This document shows positions 9,087 through 18,580 of a DNA stretch of 64,000 nucleotides, in pieces. Every line of letters starts with the position of its first letter. Positions within the stretch are counted from its first letter, which is position 1. Made by a program: the position numbers and the translations under genes. Source of the stretch: a virus; IMG/VR virus record IMGVR_UViG_3300026136_000008, one strand, 5' to 3'. The notes beneath the pieces are model-generated. The model had not been told where the DNA came from and did not search any database. It saw only the letters and a list, made by a program, of their open reading frames with translations.

Positions 9087-10019
9087 CTATTTAAATTGAA
9101 TTTGTGACATGATCTCAGTCATACATGCCACTACGTTTAATTCATGATCTGCTACAAAGCTATCTTTGTATGAATAATCTGCAAGTATGAGAACCAATTG
9201 AGGAATACTCTGTGGTTGGACATAGCTTGACATATTATCATAAACCATTCTAAATAACTTTGCTGATTCTACGTCAATGTTATCTGTAACCCACTTACGC
9301 ATCTTCTTAAAGTTTTTTGTCTTGAGGTCTTGCATTAATCCAGCAATACTTGACTCAGATAGAGTAACAAGAATGCCGGTATCAATATGACCACTCATAC
9401 CATATCTTTGACACTCATTAATGATGCGTCGCCAATCAGGTATGTATTTCATAATGAGTTCTGCAATCACTGCATTATCATGTATAATATGTTCGGAATC
9501 AAGGATAAACTTTAGCCTAGCCATAAACTGCTCTGCCATTTCAGCCTTGTTACCTATATTGAATTCATATATAGAACATCTCGAATGGAGAGGATCAATA
9601 ATACGATTCTTAAAATTGCAAGTAAGAATAAATCTACAGTTATTACTAAACTCTTCAATGAAACCACGAAGAGCAGGTTGTGTAGATTGCGGATTAAGAT
9701 AATCAGCCTCGTCGAGGATAACTACTTTGAATCCACCTTGTAATGATACAGTACTTGCAAACTGTTTGATCTTACCACGTAACGTATCAATGTTTCCATC
9801 TTCGGAACCATTAATCATCATATAGTCAAGATCTAATTCATTACATAAGGCTTTGGCTACTGTAGTCTTACCTACACCAGCCGAACCGGTAAACATCATG
9901 TTAGGAAGTTCTCCCTTAGCAACTATTTTTTTAAATGTATCTTTTAATGCTTGAGGGAGAATACAATCCTCTATGGTTTTCGGTCTATACTTTTCTACGA
10001 ATAAAAATTCTTCTTTCAC
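9087..10019 (-). CDS. gp44: Clamp loader large subunit (RFC-like AAA+)
   Basis: EKYRP, GSAGVGKT, ILDEAD, SRC motif. Confidence 0.97.
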   Translation of the reverse strand: MKEEFLFVEKYRPKTIEDCILPQALKDTFKKIVAKGELPNMMFTGSAGVGKTTVAKALCNELDLDYMMINGSEDGNIDTLRGKIKQFASTVSLQGGFKVVILDEADYLNPQSTQPALRGFIEEFSNNCRFILTCNFKNRIIDPLHSRCSIYEFNIGNKAEMAEQFMARLKFILDSEHIIHDNAVIAELIMKYIPDWRRIINECQRYGMSGHIDTGILVTLSESSIAGLMQDLKTKNFKKMRKWVTDNIDVESAKLFRMVYDNMSSYVQPQSIPQLVLILADYSYKDSFVADHELNVVACMTEIMSQIQFK

Positions 10020-10051
10020 GAATACCTCATAATATAATTTTGTATGGTATT

Positions 10052-10079
10052 ATTATACCACACAAATGTCAAAAGTACA
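10052..10079 (-). promoter_or_regulatory. sigma70-like promoter TGTACT-N16-TATAAT (gp44)
   Basis: AAGTATGTACTTTTGACATTTGTGTGGTATAAT. Confidence 0.7.
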
Positions 10080-10082
10080 TAC

Positions 10083-10322
10083 TTACTCAGCTGGAGTTTC
10101 GTCAGTAACTTCAGCTTGTGCCACTGCTGGAGTAGATGCTGTAATGAATTCTTGAATTCTATTACGTACTGCACCAACATCAGCTAACTCATCTCCATTG
10201 ATTGCACCACGCTTAGTGACTACATCAATGATACGAATTACAGCATTAAGATCACCTAGATTAATAGTGTGAATTGGTTGCTCCGCAGGAGCTTCAACTG
10301 TTTCAGTTTTTTTATCTGCCAT
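10083..10322 (-). CDS. Small acidic hypothetical protein
   Basis: 79-aa ORF between gp45 and gp44 with AGGA RBS. Confidence 0.65.
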   Translation of the reverse strand: MADKKTETVEAPAEQPIHTINLGDLNAVIRIIDVVTKRGAINGDELADVGAVRNRIQEFITASTPAVAQAEVTDETPAE

Positions 10323-10324
10323 TA

Positions 10325-11011
10325 TTATTCCTTAAATGTTGTAGTTTTATCAAGAGCAACCCAGTATTGTGTGTTGCCGGCCATTACAGAAGCTATTAAC
10401 TTCTTATCAATACCAAAATCATAAGAGTCAGCATTGATGAATTTAAAATTATTCATGTCTATGACTAAATCAAAGTCTGCAGAAGTATTTATACTGCAAT
10501 TAGATATGTTCATAGAGAATTGATTTGAAGTTGGATTCTGCTTGTCAACAATAATACACTCAATAAATGATGCACTATCATTTTTACGAATGCTTAGTTG
10601 ATTTGTTTTAAGAGTAGCAGAAGCTTTACGCAGCTGGTTTAACTGGTCTAACGTAAGAGTAAATTGAATATCGCTACATGGTAACGCAATATCTTTTGTA
10701 GGGACAGTTAGAATGTCGATATCAGAGAAGTAGTATTTAAATTGTGTAACACCATCTGTGATTGTCACATACTTTTTATCATCATCAAACGATAGAGTAG
10801 GATCATCAAACATATTAAGACAAGCTAGGAATTCACCTAAGTCATAAATGCCAAATGGATATGGTGATTCAAATGCTACATTGGCTTTTGCCATAAGTGT
10901 TTTAGAAGTAGACATTGATCGAATGAATCCGCCTTCTTCACCAAGAGCAATATTACTATTGATCCCTTGAAAGTTACTCAATACATCTTTTATTTCATTA
11001 CTAAGTTTCAT
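10325..11011 (-). CDS. gp45: Sliding clamp
   Basis: MKLS..LSNFQGINSNI, FGIYDLGEFL, YWVALD; synteny. Confidence 0.93.
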   Translation of the reverse strand: MKLSNEIKDVLSNFQGINSNIALGEEGGFIRSMSTSKTLMAKANVAFESPYPFGIYDLGEFLACLNMFDDPTLSFDDDKKYVTITDGVTQFKYYFSDIDILTVPTKDIALPCSDIQFTLTLDQLNQLRKASATLKTNQLSIRKNDSASFIECIIVDKQNPTSNQFSMNISNCSINTSADFDLVIDMNNFKFINADSYDFGIDKKLIASVMAGNTQYWVALDKTTTFKE

Positions 11012-11276
11012 TATTCGACTCCTTTAAGTCATGTTCATTAATTGCTAATAGAGTATAGTGCATGATCTTCATAAGATCTTCACGATTTGCTCCGTTCTTT
11101 TTGCCATATCTTGACGCATACTTTAATACATTGCCAAGACAAAAATCTAATCCTAAGCCAGAAGCAGAGATTAGATCCATACTTTGTACACCATTCGGAG
11201 CAGCATAATGTTTAGAGTAAGTACTCTCAACGTACGCTGTCAATTCCTGGATGTTTTCTAATTCATTAAATTTCAT
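11001..11276 (-). CDS. DUF3310/SaV-like protein
   Basis: HY..., FCLGNVLKYASRYGKKNG..EDLMK. Confidence 0.8.
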   Translation of the reverse strand: MKFNELENIQELTAYVESTYSKHYAAPNGVQSMDLISASGLGLDFCLGNVLKYASRYGKKNGANREDLMKIMHYTLLAINEHDLKESNNET

Positions 11277-11301
11277 ATAGGTCCTTTTTTATTATGGTAT
11301 T

Positions 11302-11329
11302 ATTATATCACACAAAGGCTTAATGTACA
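11302..11329 (-). promoter_or_regulatory. sigma70-like promoter TGTACA-N16-TATAAT (DUF3310-gp45)
   Basis: AAGTATGTACATTAAGCCTTTGTGTGATATAAT. Confidence 0.7.
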
Positions 11330-12012
11330 TACTTAGGTGTAATATTTTTATAAACTAATTTGTGATTTGGTTCATTAGCTGGATACCCACAACAAATATA
11401 TGGACCTATCCAAAATTGATTAGGAAATCTATGAGCGTATGAAGTCTTTCCATACCACTCAAATATAACTTTTCCGTTTAATGCTACTATAACATATCCG
11501 TCATCATTTGGTGATTGTAAAGTTTTAATAACGTAATCATTCCAAACTCCTGCCGGCATATCATAATCAACAGATATTACATTATTATTTCCATGATCAT
11601 TTGAAGTTTTAATATTAACCCAATGAGTGTTTACTGCAATTGTTGGAACAGTATTTGTATGACCACCAAATGGTTTAAGTTCCCAAATCTTCATAGGACT
11701 TCCATGTGACTTCTCTTTTTTGACAGAGAATCTATACATCATTGGCTTACCCATTTTATCGCCATATTTAGATTGGAGTTGACTACGAAGTTTTTTATAA
11801 TAACAATCTCTATGAATGTCTTCAAGACATCTGTCAGTAAGGAAATTAAATGTGACTTGATCTCCGTCTGTTATAATATGTTCAATACCACTGGTGGACT
11901 TGGCAAACCAAGATCCATTCCACCAGTAATTTTCTTGATAGTCAGCTTCTGCCGGCCAGTTAGCAAAAACACCAGCAGCAATAGTTCCTATTAAAAATAA
12001 TTTCATCTTCAT
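11320..12012 (-). CDS. Secreted polysaccharide-lyase-like beta-jelly-roll protein
   Basis: Signal peptide; GVWNDYVIK..DDGYVIVALNGK..WYGKT..FWIGPY pattern. Confidence 0.5.
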   Translation of the reverse strand: MKMKLFLIGTIAAGVFANWPAEADYQENYWWNGSWFAKSTSGIEHIITDGDQVTFNFLTDRCLEDIHRDCYYKKLRSQLQSKYGDKMGKPMMYRFSVKKEKSHGSPMKIWELKPFGGHTNTVPTIAVNTHWVNIKTSNDHGNNNVISVDYDMPAGVWNDYVIKTLQSPNDDGYVIVALNGKVIFEWYGKTSYAHRFPNQFWIGPYICCGYPANEPNHKLVYKNITPKYVH

Positions 12013-14165
12013 GCAGCAACCGCATCAGTAATACGTGAAACTAATTGCTTGTTGCCTTTCTTAGTCTTCGCAAACTTCTTGAACTCACGTTTAAGATCAT
12101 TGATTGTGTCAGCTTTTTTAGGCTCAAACACATCAGAGTCAAACCTTGCTGAACGATTGATCTTAATAATGAAATAGTCATCGTAACCTTTAACATTTTT
12201 CCAAGCACCGAAACCAAGTTTTCTCCAAGATTTGATTACATCAGGAAAGTTTTTGTCTTCATCAACATTAACATAACCTTGTCCGAAAGTAGATGCATCA
12301 TACGCAAGGTGGAAACCCATAATAGTTGCACCAGTTATCTCTTTAAGTCTGTGAAGAACAGCCTCATAGATCTTACGACCACCCTGACCACGTATCAGTT
12401 TACCTTCAAAGTTAATCATTGTCTCACGTGAAGTCATAACAGTAGCAGATGAATCACGTTCAACATTTATTCCATCAGGATATCCGTCAGTTAGGAACAT
12501 AATGTTTGTGTTTTGTATTGCATGTTTACGTGTAAATGCCTTAGTCAATTTAGCTGCAAGCATTGCAGTTTGGATAAGAGGAGTTGAACCCATAGCATCA
12601 AGAGCATGAAGATAGTGACCAGATATATGGTAGCTAGTATGCTTGTTATTGTAGCTATGTGCCTTGGCAATAGCAAATGAAACATAAGCAGCTTCGTCAA
12701 AAGTTTTCTTATTCATCTTTGAAGAGAACATCTCAACAACTTTAGTACCGTCAGAATGCAACTCGCCAGCTTTATGTTCCATCTCACGAATACCCTTACC
12801 ACGTTCTCTCCAGTATGAAGTAGAAGTAAAGTTATATGCCTCGAAAGGAATATTAACTTGACGACAGAACATAGCAATAGTAATTGCTTGAGCAGTAACA
12901 TCTTCGATGATCTCACACATTGAACCAGAAAGATCAAGGAACATTACGATACCGTGTGACTTTGCTTGAGCTAACTGAGTAGTAGTCAAGAAAATATCTT
13001 CTGAAGTTTTGTAAGCATGAAGCTTTAAAGGATCAAGTTTACCAGACTTAGCAGTTGTTGCACGAGAATATTCAAATGCAGCTTTCTTACGTTCGAAGTC
13101 TTTCGCCATAAGATTTGCTTGTTGCTTGTAAACTAGTTTAGTCTCATTGTAATCTTCTCTACAAGCTACGTGAGTATAAGCGTTCTCATCACCATAACGA
13201 AGTTTTTCACCCATCAAATCTTCTACATACTCATCACGTAATGATTTAGCATAATCGTAAGAGTAAAGAATCTTTTCGATATTCTCATCGCTCATGCCGC
13301 TTGAGTATTCAGGCTGACCACTTCTTTCGTATTGACGCTCAGGAGATTTTTCAAGTAAATCTTCTTCGCGTTCTCTTTGAGTATCTTCAGTCCAAGTCTC
13401 ATGACCTTCAGGAGCTTTATCATCTGCAACTTCGGCACTAGTAGGCTCTTCGTTAGATTCATCTTCACCATCAGAATCACCATTACCTTCACCAGAGTCA
13501 TTGCTTTCCTCATCACCAGAGATAGGAGTTTCACCTTCGTCCTTAGGAGATTCACCCTCGTCAGCACTTGGCATACCCATTTCAATTTCATCTTTTTCTT
13601 CTTCTTGATCTTTTTGATCTTCGATAAAATCATAAAGCTTTTTGCAAACAGCAACAACGTCATCCCATGTTTCAACTTCCATAGCTTCTTTAACTAATGG
13701 AGATTCTTCATTAGAGAATTCAACTGGAACATAACCGCGGCCTTTTGAAGAAACATTAAGTCTGTCCATAAGTCCAGCCTTGTTGATATCTCTCTCGTTA
13801 GTGCCAAAAAGATCACTATCGAAAAGAACTTTATAACCATTCTTGAAACGACGAACGATACCAGGATATGTTTGCATGATCTTACGTTCAATGCGGATGT
13901 CTTCAACGATATTAAGATATGCACGTGGAATCTTACCAATCTTCTTTTCAGAATCGTGCCATCCATCAGCTGGAGTATAAAGAGCATGGCCAACTTCGTG
14001 ACCAACTAAAAGATCATAAACGTCTTTACCTTTGTCTTTCCAAAGAGGAAGACGAAGTACTCTATTCTCAACATCGAAACTAGCTGTAGAATAGTTGCCA
14101 TGTTGAACCGATAAGTTCTCTTTGGCAAGTAGTTTGGCTAGGTATTCTTGAGCTGATAAATTCAT
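12009..14165 (-). CDS. CobT-like metallopeptidase-motif/vWA protein
   Basis: HEVGH, acidic linker, DLSGS MIDAS, GSTP, LTDG. Confidence 0.85.
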   Translation of the reverse strand: MNLSAQEYLAKLLAKENLSVQHGNYSTASFDVENRVLRLPLWKDKGKDVYDLLVGHEVGHALYTPADGWHDSEKKIGKIPRAYLNIVEDIRIERKIMQTYPGIVRRFKNGYKVLFDSDLFGTNERDINKAGLMDRLNVSSKGRGYVPVEFSNEESPLVKEAMEVETWDDVVAVCKKLYDFIEDQKDQEEEKDEIEMGMPSADEGESPKDEGETPISGDEESNDSGEGNGDSDGEDESNEEPTSAEVADDKAPEGHETWTEDTQREREEDLLEKSPERQYERSGQPEYSSGMSDENIEKILYSYDYAKSLRDEYVEDLMGEKLRYGDENAYTHVACREDYNETKLVYKQQANLMAKDFERKKAAFEYSRATTAKSGKLDPLKLHAYKTSEDIFLTTTQLAQAKSHGIVMFLDLSGSMCEIIEDVTAQAITIAMFCRQVNIPFEAYNFTSTSYWRERGKGIREMEHKAGELHSDGTKVVEMFSSKMNKKTFDEAAYVSFAIAKAHSYNNKHTSYHISGHYLHALDAMGSTPLIQTAMLAAKLTKAFTRKHAIQNTNIMFLTDGYPDGINVERDSSATVMTSRETMINFEGKLIRGQGGRKIYEAVLHRLKEITGATIMGFHLAYDASTFGQGYVNVDEDKNFPDVIKSWRKLGFGAWKNVKGYDDYFIIKINRSARFDSDVFEPKKADTINDLKREFKKFAKTKKGNKQLVSRITDAVAA

Positions 14166-14196
14166 AATATTTCCTTTTTTAATTCGTTATGTGTAC

Positions 14197-14225
14197 ATTA
14201 TATCACGTTTTGGACCAGTTGTACA
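14197..14225 (-). promoter_or_regulatory. sigma70-like promoter TGTACA-N17-TATAAT overlapped by an inverted repeat
   Basis: TGGACCAGT-N13-ACTGGTCCA (14211-14241) flanks the -35. Confidence 0.7.
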
Positions 14226-14230
14226 ACTAT

Positions 14231-14265
14231 TTACTGGTCCAGATGCGGCGAGTTGGTGTGCCAGA
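14231..14265. repeat. 35-bp direct repeat, copy 1
   Basis: ttactggtccagatgcggcgagttggtgtgccaga; 33/35 identical to 15484-15518. Confidence 0.9.
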
Positions 14266-15417
14266 TTATTCATCCTCCCACTCATCAGCGTGATTACTAA
14301 AGAATGAATCTTCGGCTTCATCAGCTGTTAGCTGAGGCTCATTGATAGTAGCATCAACTTTCTCGTAAAGATCTATAAAAGCTTCTTTAGTGTCATCGTC
14401 AAAACGGTTTACACAAAGAGCAATCGCTTTGTCTCTCTTACCGAAGATAGAGAAAGTCTGAACGATGTGGCACAAACGACGAGTTGAAATAACTTCGTCA
14501 ATACCTTCATCATAGAAAGTCTTACGAATAGCATCTGCCCAACCAACAAGTAGCTTAGCAAATTCTTCGTCAACTTTTTCAAACTTTGACATATGCTTCA
14601 TGACAATTTTTTCTTCAGTTGCCATAGTAGGGAAAGTCTGCTCAAGAGTAATAGTGAAACGCTCTAGGAAAGCATCATCAATGATAGTTGCTCCTGAGTA
14701 ACGTCCATCCTCTGAACCTTTACCTTTTGTGTTTGCAGTCGCAATCACGTTGAAACCATCGGCAGGCTCAACAACTTCACCAGTCTTTTTGATCAGAACT
14801 GGTTTGCCTTCAAGCACACCTTGTAAACACATAATTTTGTTTGTTCCACGATCGATCTCGTCAATCATAAGGACAGCACCAGCTTCCATAGCTTTGATGA
14901 CTGGACCTTTTTGGAAAACAGTCTCACCTTTGATCAGACGAAAACCACCGATTAGATCATCTTCGTCTGTTTCAGGAGAAATCTGAACACGTACATATTC
15001 ACGATTAAGTTTAGCACATGCTTGTTCGATCTGGAATGTCTTACCATTACCAGATAAACCAGATACAAAAGTCGGATAAAACATACCTGACTTAAGTACT
15101 TTTACAATTTCAGAGAAGTTACCCCATGGAACAAAAGTAGGATCAAAATCAGGAACAAAGACTTCGTCATTTGAAACTGATTCAACGCCTTTGACCATTT
15201 CAGGAGCAGCTTTGGCTGGTCGAGCAGATTTTGGCATCATAGATTCTAAGTTATATACACCGCGACGTACCGTAGGTGCATTGTTTGTATATCTGATATT
15301 TACATAAGCTGATCTAGGATTCTCACCCACAGCAATAGCAGCTTCTTTAATCATCTTAGCTGTAAATTCAGTCTTTTTTGGAAATTTTGTCATTAATTGT
15401 TCAATCACTTTATTCAT
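14266..15417 (-). CDS. CobS/MoxR-like AAA+ ATPase
   Basis: GLSGNGKT, ETDEDDLIGG, MIDEID, ATANTKG, AFLERF. Confidence 0.92.
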   Translation of the reverse strand: MNKVIEQLMTKFPKKTEFTAKMIKEAAIAVGENPRSAYVNIRYTNNAPTVRRGVYNLESMMPKSARPAKAAPEMVKGVESVSNDEVFVPDFDPTFVPWGNFSEIVKVLKSGMFYPTFVSGLSGNGKTFQIEQACAKLNREYVRVQISPETDEDDLIGGFRLIKGETVFQKGPVIKAMEAGAVLMIDEIDRGTNKIMCLQGVLEGKPVLIKKTGEVVEPADGFNVIATANTKGKGSEDGRYSGATIIDDAFLERFTITLEQTFPTMATEEKIVMKHMSKFEKVDEEFAKLLVGWADAIRKTFYDEGIDEVISTRRLCHIVQTFSIFGKRDKAIALCVNRFDDDTKEAFIDLYEKVDATINEPQLTADEAEDSFFSNHADEWEDE

Positions 15418-15483
15418 AATTTAGTCCTTTTTTAATTGATTATGTGTACATTATACACTGTTTCACCAGTCTTGTGTGGAAAG

Positions 15484-15518
15484 TTACTGGTCCAGATGCG
15501 GCGAATTGGTGTACCAGA
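15484..15518. repeat. 35-bp direct repeat, copy 2
   Basis: ttactggtccagatgcggcgaattggtgtaccaga, upstream of TATAAT at 15450-15455. Confidence 0.9.
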
Positions 15519-15596
15519 GAATGTATTGATACCATTGACATTACGGGGTGCGGTACCCCGCTGTTGTAATAGTGTATTTCTCAATCTCATAGGTAT

Positions 15597-15626
15597 ATTA
15601 TAACATGAATTGAGCCGCTTGTGTAA
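15597..15626 (-). promoter_or_regulatory. Early-type promoter TTACAC-N18-TATAAT
   Basis: Same architecture as 15863-15892; both are followed by ATACCT. Confidence 0.6.
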
Positions 15627-15654
15627 GTTTATAGTCACAGAAATAGTGTGTTTA

Positions 15655-15831
15655 TTATATTTGAGTTTTAAATTTTTTAAGATTTGACTCGGAAATTTTA
15701 ATAGTTATTGATGGTAATGGTAAATTTGGTTGTTCGTTTAATGATATTAAAGTCGCGGCGAAAAAATTTAAAGTTTTAAATAGTTCAAAAATTGAAATAT
15801 TTGGATCGATATCGGTAGTGTATGTAATCAT
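15655..15831 (-). CDS. Small early hypothetical protein, 58 aa (not in ORF track)
   Basis: AAAAAAGGA RBS and own promoter; MITYTTDIDPNISIFELFKTLNFFAATLISLNEQPNLPLPSITIKISESNLKKFKTQI. Confidence 0.65.
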   Translation of the reverse strand: MITYTTDIDPNISIFELFKTLNFFAATLISLNEQPNLPLPSITIKISESNLKKFKTQI

Positions 15832-15862
15832 GTATAATGTCCTTTTTTATTTAACAAGGTAT

Positions 15863-15892
15863 ATTATAACACGAAACACCAGCTACGTGTAA
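15863..15892 (-). promoter_or_regulatory. Early-type promoter TTACAC-N18-TATAAT
   Basis: GTTACACGTAGCTGGTGTTTCGTGTTATAAT with AT-rich upstream tract. Confidence 0.6.
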
Positions 15893-15927
15893 CTATTTTT
15901 CAAACAAATTCATATTATGAAAGTTTT

Positions 15928-17589
15928 TTATAGTATAGTAGAGAAATTGTTCCTCTTAATAAACTGAATCTTTTGATCCATTTTACTTTCTAACACATCA
16001 GGTTTGTGGGATATAATAAACGTGTTTGTACCCTTCTCTAATGTCTTTAAGATCTTCATTAGATTGTCTGTACCTTCATCGTCAAGAGATGAATCAAACG
16101 TTTCGTCAAGAATAAGTAAGTTAGTGTTTGTAGAGTTCTTCATCTTTGCTATTTGTCTCCATGCAAATAACAATGATAAATCAATACGCATCTTCTCACC
16201 TTCAGAGAAGTTAGCATATACGAATTCGTCTCTATGTCTTGATTTGATTGTCTCTTCGAAGTTTTCATTAAGATGAAACGCAACAAAGAAGTCAAGTGTC
16301 TGTAAGTATTTGTTTATAAGAGCATTCATTGCGGGTAAATATTCTCTGATAATTTTCGTTCGAATACCTGTATCCTTGAGCATCTCAGCGGCAATATTGT
16401 TATATAATACCTGATCCTCAGCTTCTGTGAGGTTGTCCTGGATATCGATGAGATCATAGGTCATATCCACAAGCTCTTTGGCAGGTGCATCAATATCAAC
16501 TTCTTTCACTTGTTTATTGACTAGCTTTGTCATATTATCTGTATGTGTTGAGATCTTAGAATTGATATTAGACATTTCAGTAATTTGATCTTGTACTTTT
16601 TCTAATGTTTTGATTGTCTCATCATACTTTGTTTTGTTTAGATCTATATCTTCTTGAGTTTGCTTTGCTTGTGCCTTTACATCTGTAAGCATTGAAGTTT
16701 TTAAATCTGTACTAATCTCTTGAGTACATGTTGGGCAAGCAGTATTTACTTCAAAGAATTTTGCTTTGCCTACAAGCTCTTTCATAGAATGTGTGTGTTT
16801 ACCTTTCTCGGTATTTAGACCTTCTCTGACTTTCCTTAAGGAGTTGAGAGTACCGCGTAAGCCGAGAGGATATTTATCCAAATCAGCTTTTAGAGAATCA
16901 ATCTTATCTTGTGTTTCTTTTATCTCTTCCTTAAATGATTTCTTTGCATCTTCATTAATTTCTTCTAATTGAGTAATATGTTTCTTTTGATACTCTATTT
17001 TATCCTTTTGATTATTTAATGCGATTTGTGAATTCTTTGCCCATTCTTTTGCTTGAGCATTACGTGTTTTTAGTACTGTCTTCATCTTACTAAACACACC
17101 AATGTCTAATAGATCCTCAATAACATCACGTCTATCCCATGCTTTGAGTTGCATAAATGGTATAAATGAACTCGAACCGAGAACGACAATCTGGTGGAAT
17201 GATTTATGATTAAGCTTTAGAATGTTTTGCTCTAAGAATTTTTGATAGTCTCTTACGTTTGATTGTTGGTCTATCATGTTACCATCTTGATAGACTTCAA
17301 ACTTATTTGGCTTAATGCCACGTAATACTTTCCATGTGTGACCAGCCGTATCAAATTCGATTGTAACCTCACAACCTTTACCATTTACTGAATTCACTAG
17401 GCCACCTCTTTTAACATTACGGTGTGGCTTATTAAATAAAGCAAAGGATATGGCATCCAATATAGTAGATTTACCTGTACCATTTGTACCAACAATAAGA
17501 GTTGATCTTGCTTTGTTAAGGTGTATGGTTATTGGGTTGGCGCCGGTTGAGAGAAAGTTTTTGTAAGTAAGTTCTTTGAATAATATCAT
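15928..17589 (-). CDS. gp46: Recombination endonuclease ATPase subunit (Rad50/SbcC-like)
   Basis: GTNGTGKS, CPTC hook, FSEGEK, LILDE. Confidence 0.97.
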   Translation of the reverse strand: MILFKELTYKNFLSTGANPITIHLNKARSTLIVGTNGTGKSTILDAISFALFNKPHRNVKRGGLVNSVNGKGCEVTIEFDTAGHTWKVLRGIKPNKFEVYQDGNMIDQQSNVRDYQKFLEQNILKLNHKSFHQIVVLGSSSFIPFMQLKAWDRRDVIEDLLDIGVFSKMKTVLKTRNAQAKEWAKNSQIALNNQKDKIEYQKKHITQLEEINEDAKKSFKEEIKETQDKIDSLKADLDKYPLGLRGTLNSLRKVREGLNTEKGKHTHSMKELVGKAKFFEVNTACPTCTQEISTDLKTSMLTDVKAQAKQTQEDIDLNKTKYDETIKTLEKVQDQITEMSNINSKISTHTDNMTKLVNKQVKEVDIDAPAKELVDMTYDLIDIQDNLTEAEDQVLYNNIAAEMLKDTGIRTKIIREYLPAMNALINKYLQTLDFFVAFHLNENFEETIKSRHRDEFVYANFSEGEKMRIDLSLLFAWRQIAKMKNSTNTNLLILDETFDSSLDDEGTDNLMKILKTLEKGTNTFIISHKPDVLESKMDQKIQFIKRNNFSTIL

Positions 17590-17596
17590 GTGTTAT

Positions 17597-17624
17597 ATTA
17601 TACTATATAAATGTCATTTGTACA
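17597..17624 (-). promoter_or_regulatory. sigma70-like promoter TGTACA-N16-TATAAT, 7 nt before gp46 ATG
   Basis: TATGTACAAATGACATTTATATAGTATAATATAACACATG. Confidence 0.65.
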
Positions 17625-17814
17625 TATTTTCTTCTGCTATTTTACCACACTCTTCACTAGCATATTTCTTAAACCAACGTGGAGCAAAAGCATGTATGAA
17701 TACAGCTAGGGTTGCTTTGAATAATCGCCACGATATATTGAGTGCATGTTTTAGATGCTCGTAGCGTGTCATATTCACTTCTTCCAAGTGAAGTTTACAT
17801 TGTTTACTATACAT
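17614..17814 (-). CDS. DUF6356-like small protein
   Basis: YEHLKHAL...AVFIHAFAPRWF pattern. Confidence 0.55.
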   Translation of the reverse strand: MYSKQCKLHLEEVNMTRYEHLKHALNISWRLFKATLAVFIHAFAPRWFKKYASEECGKIAEENMYK

Positions 17815-18419
17815 TATACCTCTTTATCTTGAATATTATTTATTGCTTCGGGTTGAGGTACTACCCCAGGATCTACGACAAACATCATGTCTAATCCGAT
17901 ACTTTTTACTTGTTGTAAAAAATGGTCACAACTATTATATAGTTGAGCAGCAAATAGCCCTGTTTGGAAACTCATATCCATGTGCATTTCCTCTTCGTCA
18001 ATGACATGTTTCTTTATGGCAAGTTTCATGAAGTATTTGCCTTGTGCAGAAAGATCACCACAATTCATTTTCCAATATTCTATTCCTCCTAAAACCATTA
18101 GGATAAGAGACTTATCTTCAAAGTATTGTCTATACTTGTCTTTGTCTAAATTTTCTGTACCAGTTTCATCAGTCTCAGCCTCAACAATAGTATTTTGCAC
18201 AGCTGTAAGAGTTGCCGATGGTGTTTCTTCTGGTTCAGGTGCTATGTCATATACTATAACCTCAGGCTTAGGGCTGAAATCTGTCCATACTCTTTCGATC
18301 TCTGCCCAAGCCCATATTGGCCATAATATAAAGCCGACTATCATTGCTGATACGGCAAACTGGTAAACTGCCCATAGCAGTCTATTTTCTTCGGGATCTA
18401 TCCCCTTATGTCCTCGCAT
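17814..18419 (-). CDS. Hypothetical membrane-anchored protein
   Basis: N-terminal hydrophobic helix, Pro/Glu-rich linker; start uncertain. Confidence 0.6.
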   Translation of the reverse strand: MRGHKGIDPEENRLLWAVYQFAVSAMIVGFILWPIWAWAEIERVWTDFSPKPEVIVYDIAPEPEETPSATLTAVQNTIVEAETDETGTENLDKDKYRQYFEDKSLILMVLGGIEYWKMNCGDLSAQGKYFMKLAIKKHVIDEEEMHMDMSFQTGLFAAQLYNSCDHFLQQVKSIGLDMMFVVDPGVVPQPEAINNIQDKEV

Positions 18420-18580
18420 GCTTCTCCTTCACAAACTGGAACTTCGATTTTGTCTTCTCCCCAAGCATTAAATGGGTTCTGCAACATAGAACATCCAGCT
18501 ACATTAAATATAACAAAAAGACAAACTAGAACAAATACTAGCATTGCCCATCTACTTTTAGAAACTTTTTTCATTTTCAT
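18398..18580 (-). CDS. Small putative lipoprotein
   Basis: Basic N-terminus, hydrophobic stretch, VAGC lipobox. Confidence 0.6.
   Translation of the reverse strand: MKMKKVSKSRWAMLVFVLVCLFVIFNVAGCSMLQNPFNAWGEDKIEVPVCEGEACEDIRG

Noticed and set aside
12713-14005. Alternative-frame minus ORFs inside the vWA gene
   Set aside because: Out-of-frame overlaps with low-complexity translations; the main frame is intact
12009-15417. Cobalamin biosynthesis (cobS/cobT) as a metabolic auxiliary function
   Set aside because: This AAA/vWA pair is common in T4-like phages, and no cobN or other cob genes are present in the window
14231-15518. 35-bp repeat as a CRISPR array
   Set aside because: Only two copies, 1.2 kb apart, separated by a gene; no spacers or cas genes
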